Below, piece by piece: positions 59,340 through 64,000 of a stretch of DNA of 64,000 nucleotides. Origin of the DNA: Parcubacteria bacterium C7867-001 (GTDB lineage Bacteria; Patescibacteriota; Minisyncoccia; Phycocordibacterales; Phycocordibacteraceae); NCBI GenBank assembly GCA_001189095.1, contig LFCK01000004.1, forward strand, positions 5,674 through 69,673, in the 5' to 3' direction. The notes beneath the pieces were generated by a model. It was not told the DNA's origin. It was given only the letters and a program-made list of their open reading frames with translations, and made no database searches. The translations under genes and the position numbers were made by a program. Every line of letters starts with the position of its first letter. Positions within the stretch are counted from its first letter, which is position 1.

Positions 59340-59828
59340 GTGAATAAACCAAAAAAGCGCGTTAGTAAATTCACACCCGGAGACTATCGTCTCCGGGTCG
59401 GACGTTCGTCTGCGGGGCTCGGCCTTTTTGCCGAAGAGGGGATTCCGAAAGGGAAATGCATCATCGAGTACGTTGGTCGCACCGTTTCAAAGGAAGAGGA
59501 GACGACGAGTCGTAGCAAATACCTTTTCGAGGTGAACAAGAACAAGACTATCGACGGAAAGCCGAAGTGGAACAAGGCGGGCTACATCAATCACTCCTGC
59601 AAGCCGAATTGCGAGATAGAGATACGCAACGCACGCGTCTATGTTATGGCGCTCCGGAATATCAAGCCAGGCGAGGAACTCTTTTACGATTATGGCGAGG
59701 AATATTTCGATGAACACATCAAGCCGTTTGGGTGTCGGTGCGTAAAGCACAAAAATAAGAACCGACCCGCGCATGCGCGGGCCGTATTCATGAAGGAAAG
59801 AAGTGGGGAAAAACTACGTCTGCTATAG
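59340..59828 (+). CDS. SET domain protein-lysine methyltransferase
   Basis: GLGLFA, IIEYVG, INHSCKPN, ELFYDY, post-SET CRC. Confidence 0.92.
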   Translation: MNKPKKRVSKFTPGDYRLRVGRSSAGLGLFAEEGIPKGKCIIEYVGRTVSKEEETTSRSKYLFEVNKNKTIDGKPKWNKAGYINHSCKPNCEIEIRNARVYVMALRNIKPGEELFYDYGEEYFDEHIKPFGCRCVKHKNKNRPAHARAVFMKERSGEKLRLL

Positions 59829-59835
59829 TGAGCCT

Positions 59836-61065
59836 ATGTCGCATTTCACTCCTCTTTCGCGTGCGTTTATCGGCGTATTTTTCGCTTTCGCGCTTCTTGT
59901 GAGTGCGGCGCCTTCGGCGAACGCAGCAACCTCCTCGTTTGAAATTTCTGGATGGATTCCGTACTGGCGCACAGCGACCGGCACTGCTGACGTGCTCCCA
60001 CATCTTTCCCAGCTTACCGAAGTGAATCCGTTCGGTTACACCGTGAAGCAGGACGGCTCTCTTTATGACGTTGCAAAGTTCACACAAGAACCGTGGACGA
60101 ATTTCTTTGCAAAAGCAAAGGCGGCGAAAGTCCGCGTTATACCGACGGTCATGTGGAGCGACACTGAGTCAATCGACCGCATTCTGCGCGACCCGAAACT
60201 CCGTGCCGAGCACGTGAAGAACATCGTCGCGAAAGTGAACGAGATGGGCTTCGACGGCGTCGATATCGACTACGAAGGCAAGAAAGCAGAAACGAAGCAG
60301 TACTACTCTGCCTTCCTCAAAGAGCTCTATGCAGCTATGGGAAAGAAGTGGGTTATGTGCACCATCGAGGCACGAACACCAGTCGACTCTCGGTATCTCG
60401 GTACGCCGCCAGCGGATGCCACGACCTACGCAAATGATTTCGTCGCTATCAATAAATACTGCGATCGTGTACGGCTCATGACGTATGACCAGCAGTTCGT
60501 CGATCAGAAACTCGTAAAGGCGAATAAGGGTGTGCTCTATGCTCCGGTCGCAGATCCTCTGTGGGTTGAAAAAGTCGTGAAGCTCGTGAAGAAGGACATA
60601 AAGGCGTCGAAGTTGGTGGTCGGCATCGCGACGTACGGCTACGACTACCAAGTCATTCCTAATTCTGATGGTAGCGGGTATTCCTACACGCTCGTTGAGG
60701 CATTCAATCCGAAATACGCACTCGATACTGCGGCTGAATTTGGCATCACGCCAACGCGCAACGCTGCAGGGGAGATGAGCTTCTCGTATGTTCCCTCAAA
60801 TACTCCGTCCATGCTTCCATCGCAACAGTCGCTCGAAGCGCTCGCACCATCGGGAACCACGTCGAGCTATCTCGCTGCTGCGGGTGCCCTCGCGCTCCAG
60901 AAAAATAGCGGCAAGCAGGCGCCGTTCCATGTTCTGTGGTGGAGCGACTCGAAAGCCATTGCGGACAAAGTTGCACTCGCGAAGAAGCTCGGTGTGCGTG
61001 GAGTCGCCGTCTTTAAGTTCGATGGGGGAGCGGATCCCCTCATGTGGAGTGTGTTGAAGAAGTAA
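59836..61065 (+). CDS. Secreted glycoside hydrolase family 18
   Basis: Signal peptide, FDGVDIDYE (DxDxE), LMTYD, GIATYGY. Confidence 0.9.
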   Translation: MSHFTPLSRAFIGVFFAFALLVSAAPSANAATSSFEISGWIPYWRTATGTADVLPHLSQLTEVNPFGYTVKQDGSLYDVAKFTQEPWTNFFAKAKAAKVRVIPTVMWSDTESIDRILRDPKLRAEHVKNIVAKVNEMGFDGVDIDYEGKKAETKQYYSAFLKELYAAMGKKWVMCTIEARTPVDSRYLGTPPADATTYANDFVAINKYCDRVRLMTYDQQFVDQKLVKANKGVLYAPVADPLWVEKVVKLVKKDIKASKLVVGIATYGYDYQVIPNSDGSGYSYTLVEAFNPKYALDTAAEFGITPTRNAAGEMSFSYVPSNTPSMLPSQQSLEALAPSGTTSSYLAAAGALALQKNSGKQAPFHVLWWSDSKAIADKVALAKKLGVRGVAVFKFDGGADPLMWSVLKK

Positions 61066-61114
61066 CGTTGAAACGGCGGCCCCGAAGGACCGCCGTTTTT
61101 GTATCTGGTTCGCG

Positions 61115-61483
61115 TTAGTAGCGGTAGCGAACCAAATGATTTGCGGACTCGCCGAAGATCAGTGCGGACGCAAGGCCCACCTTCTCCGGTTCATGGCGAG
61201 TCCGTGTCGGACGCTTGTGTTCGGGGATCCCGAGCATGCGTCGCTCGCTCGCGGTAAGCTCCGCTTCGTCTGCGGCTCGTGTCGCATCGCGCAGTGCATA
61301 CTCGTACCTGCGGCGCTCCGGGGTATCCCAGAACGCATTCTTGAAATGCATGACCGGCGCGAGAATGCGGCGGACATGATTCAAGCGTTGCTTGTACTCG
61401 TGTGCCTCTGCACGGGGACCGATTGCCTTTTGCACACGCTTCCGTTGCCGGTTGCGCGCACGTTTCGTATCGACTTTACGCAT
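61115..61483 (-). CDS. Hypothetical Arg-rich protein
   Basis: SD GGAGG; promoter TTGACT-17-(TGa)TATAGT at 61541-61513. Confidence 0.6.
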   Translation of the reverse strand: MRKVDTKRARNRQRKRVQKAIGPRAEAHEYKQRLNHVRRILAPVMHFKNAFWDTPERRRYEYALRDATRAADEAELTASERRMLGIPEHKRPTRTRHEPEKVGLASALIFGESANHLVRYRY

Positions 61484-61595
61484 GGAACCTCCACGTAAAA
61501 TGACTGAGATTAACTATATCATATATTATGACTATAGTCAATAGTACTGTGAACGGACATGAAAAAACACCGCGGCCTTGGCCGCGGTGTTTTCC

Positions 61596-61712
61596 TTATG
61601 CTGCTGTTTCTTCTTCAGGTGCAGCTTCTGGCGCTGCGCCTTCCATGGTCTCTTCTGCGGGTGCTGCTGCGACATCGTCAGCAGGAGGCACCATTGCTCC
61701 ATCTCCATCCAT
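61596..61712 (-). CDS. 38-aa acidic Ala/Glu-rich small protein
   Basis: MDGDGAMVPPADDVAAAPAEETMEGAAPEAAPEEETAA; TATACT upstream, terminator downstream. Confidence 0.55.
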   Translation of the reverse strand: MDGDGAMVPPADDVAAAPAEETMEGAAPEAAPEEETAA

Positions 61713-61878
61713 AGTAGGTTGGTTATTTAATAATACTCCGGCAGTATAGCACTTTTGCCGGTTCGCAAGTACTAAACAAAATGGAGCCTCCCAAAGGGAG
61801 GCTCCATGCGTAGTTGTGGTAGCGCTGTTACTGCAGCGAGGCGAGAATGGTTTGGACATGGTCCATGTTGCCACTAAG

Positions 61879-62865
61879 TCAGTAGCCGCCATAGACGCCC
61901 GCTGTCCCGAGAACCGTGGTCAGGATGCCGTACGCCCATGCGTTTTCCGGCATCACTTCGTACATCTTCTCGATGATGAACAGGGCACCGAATGCCGCGG
62001 CGATGTAGAGCAGCTGGCCGTTATTGAGGGCCAATCCGCCGAAAACACCGAGGCCGATGATGCCGGCGCCGAGAATGAGCTTAATAGCGTAGGGCGGACG
62101 GCGTTTTTCTTCACTGCCGCCGTACCACCGGCTCGACATGATGAGCACGCCGATACCGGTCACGAACGTTCCCATCCAGAAGGCGCCATCTTTGAAGATG
62201 GCGAACCACGGAGCGGAAACGCCGTACCAGGCCGCGAGCGAAAAGCCGGCGCAAAGTCCGAATGCGGCAATTGTCGCGCCCGGAATGTGGTCGTCATCTT
62301 CGTAGCCAACCGCGTACGACAATCCGCCGCCAATGGCCGTGAAGCCCATCGTCCCGAGGAACGCGATTACGGCAAGAAAGCCGATAGGCGAGCTCACGAG
62401 AAGTCCGGCGGAAATCGTGTAAGCGACCGTCATGATTGCCATGTACACATAGGTCGGACCCGAAGATCCAGACAAGACCGCGGCAACTGATGGCGCCAGC
62501 ACGAGGGCGCCGATGAAGGTCACGACGCCTGCCGGCAGATAGTCGACGAACATCGTGCCCCACAAAGACCCGTAGGTCAGCATGGCGCCGGAGAGGACGC
62601 ATCCGAGGATGCCCCACATATTCGCCGACATCCAATCGAAGTCGATGAGTTTGCTGAGCAGCGTGCCGACGCCGCCGAGCACCAAGAGCGCGCCCAAAAA
62701 GAGGAGCACTCCGGGTGTGTCAATGACGCCAACAGCTTTCTGAAGCGGCGTCAGTTGGACGCAGCTCGGTTCCGCAGCCAAGGCTGGGGTTATAAGAGCA
62801 GTCGCGAATGCGAGTGCCCAGAAGAGCATCTTTTTCATCTGCTGCCTTTCTGTGTAGGTATACAA
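61879..62865 (-). CDS. Hypothetical polytopic membrane protein (possibly truncated by an internal TGA)
   Basis: Signal peptide MKKMLFWAL, about 9-10 TM helices; the frame continues 16 codons past the TGA to a TAA at 61828. Confidence 0.7.
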   Translation of the reverse strand: MYTYTERQQMKKMLFWALAFATALITPALAAEPSCVQLTPLQKAVGVIDTPGVLLFLGALLVLGGVGTLLSKLIDFDWMSANMWGILGCVLSGAMLTYGSLWGTMFVDYLPAGVVTFIGALVLAPSVAAVLSGSSGPTYVYMAIMTVAYTISAGLLVSSPIGFLAVIAFLGTMGFTAIGGGLSYAVGYEDDDHIPGATIAAFGLCAGFSLAAWYGVSAPWFAIFKDGAFWMGTFVTGIGVLIMSSRWYGGSEEKRRPPYAIKLILGAGIIGLGVFGGLALNNGQLLYIAAAFGALFIIEKMYEVMPENAWAYGILTTVLGTAGVYGGY

Positions 62866-62930
62866 GAACGCTGCTCCGAGGATGGAACAGACTGCTTAGT
62901 ATATGATCATATTTTTCCATCATGTCAAAT

Positions 62931-63788
62931 TTAGGGTAGATTCTCGAGACGGAAACTGTCGATGCGGACGTCCATGAAGTCCGTTCGAATGCCAGCCGAG
63001 CCCGAGCCGGTAATAGGTATCGTTCCTCCATACTGCCCGCTATCGGTCGCTTCGAGGAGCTTCGTCCACGTATTCGAGCCGATATAGCGCATGAAGAGCG
63101 CAAGCGTGACGTTGCCGTCGGTATTTGTTCGTGTTTCTGAACGGAGCGCAAACCACGTTTGATGGGGCAGGAGATTCTTCGTGTCTTTCGGCGCGTTGTA
63201 CGTTCCGGCGAATACCGGTTTTTGCGCCATGGTGTAATACGTACCGCGATATTTCTTTTTGATCACGGCCGTACCGTCGACGCGTACACCCGTGTAGTAG
63301 AGCGTTTGCGAGTCCTTATAGCGGTTGAAGAGAAGAAGTCCGTTTGATTCGTTGCGGTTCGGCGAAGAAGAGAAATTGTCGCGAACGATGTAGAACGAGG
63401 ACTCAGCGCGAACAGTATCCCACTGGGACTTCGTAATGAGCCGGAAGAGGTTCTGTGGATGAGTACCGTTATCTGTATCGACAGGGTTTGCCGCGGCGTA
63501 AGCGACACGCCACGGATTTAGAAGGGGGGCCGTTCCTTGCATGGTCGCGCCTATGCCGCCATCCATGATGAGCTGTCCGCCGGAATTGATCCACCAATAC
63601 GGACTTGAGCTCTCAAGCAGAGATCCTGTCTCGTTCAAAATACCGGACGTGTTGAAAGAGTACACAAAAGGTGACGTCGTCATTGCGGTTTGCGTGACCG
63701 AAGAGGGAGTGACGGCGACAAGGTTCGCGGCGAGTGCGAGTGCAATAATCATGAGTACAAACCCGATGATATCGAGCTTGATACGCAT
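62931..63788 (-). CDS. Membrane-anchored extracellular beta-sandwich (ConA-like) protein
   Basis: N-terminal TM helix; LYYTGVRVDG, GSAGIRTDFMDVRIDSF; start uncertain (63815 alternative). Confidence 0.65.
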   Translation of the reverse strand: MRIKLDIIGFVLMIIALALAANLVAVTPSSVTQTAMTTSPFVYSFNTSGILNETGSLLESSSPYWWINSGGQLIMDGGIGATMQGTAPLLNPWRVAYAAANPVDTDNGTHPQNLFRLITKSQWDTVRAESSFYIVRDNFSSSPNRNESNGLLLFNRYKDSQTLYYTGVRVDGTAVIKKKYRGTYYTMAQKPVFAGTYNAPKDTKNLLPHQTWFALRSETRTNTDGNVTLALFMRYIGSNTWTKLLEATDSGQYGGTIPITGSGSAGIRTDFMDVRIDSFRLENLP

Positions 63789-63824
63789 GAACAACTTTTC
63801 GTTCATGAAAAACACACATACTCG

Positions 63825-64000
63825 CTAACGCGCACTCGTCACGGTTATCTTCGAAGTAGTGAGTGCTGCCGAGCCAAGTGTTGGAGACCACACCTCGATG
63901 CCGACGCTACCGCTTTTTGCGAAGCGTTCCGGCACGCTTGCGGTGAGTGATTCTCCATCCGCCGAACAGGTAACCGATGAGCCGACCGACCGCATCGAGA
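63825..64000 (-). CDS. C-terminal fragment of a protein starting beyond the window
   Basis: Open frame ...SVGSSVTCSADGESLTASVPERFAKSGSVGIEVWSP...SAR*. Confidence 0.5.
   Translation of the reverse strand, partial: SMRSVGSSVTCSADGESLTASVPERFAKSGSVGIEVWSPTLGSAALTTSKITVTSAR

Noticed and set aside
61879-61881. Genetic code 25 (TGA=Gly) as in Gracilibacteria/Absconditabacteria
   Set aside because: Conserved genes are full length under code 11 and several end in TGA.

Overview
64 kb of a small-genome bacterial chromosome, most likely Patescibacteria/CPR (Parcubacteria-like). This is inferred from the gene set, the short ValRS, tRNAs without encoded CCA and mostly leaderless genes; the genetic code is standard code 11. 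Housekeeping content: lnt, msrA/B, VKOR, nth, mutY, rnj, secG, groES/EL, lemA/htpX, rnpB, murJ, lepA, valS, tsaD, rlmB, a truB-like gene and 7 intact tRNAs. An AT-rich ~10.4 kb integrative element (45707-56149) lies next to tRNA-Ser(CGA). It carries a large serine recombinase, a primase-helicase, an excisionase-like HTH, a PHP-ATPase (Ppl-like defence) gene and ArsR/CDF cargo. The most unusual signals are non-coding: (i) a complete tRNA-Gly(CCC) nested inside the split halves of a second tRNA-Gly; (ii) two covarying four-way-junction repeats that each begin with the first 12 nt of the tRNA-Ser that follows them; (iii) an antisense copy of the tRNA-Val 3' end in its own trailer; (iv) a pseudoknot/switch-like leader RNA upstream of the recombinase operon; (v) a 6S-like RNA. 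Other notable items are three tandem His-motif membrane paralogs beside lnt and a degenerate sulfatase, a PTOX/AOX-like oxidase, and a two-class promoter/RBS architecture that separates core genes from orphan genes. All calls come from reading the sequence by eye; no searches were run.
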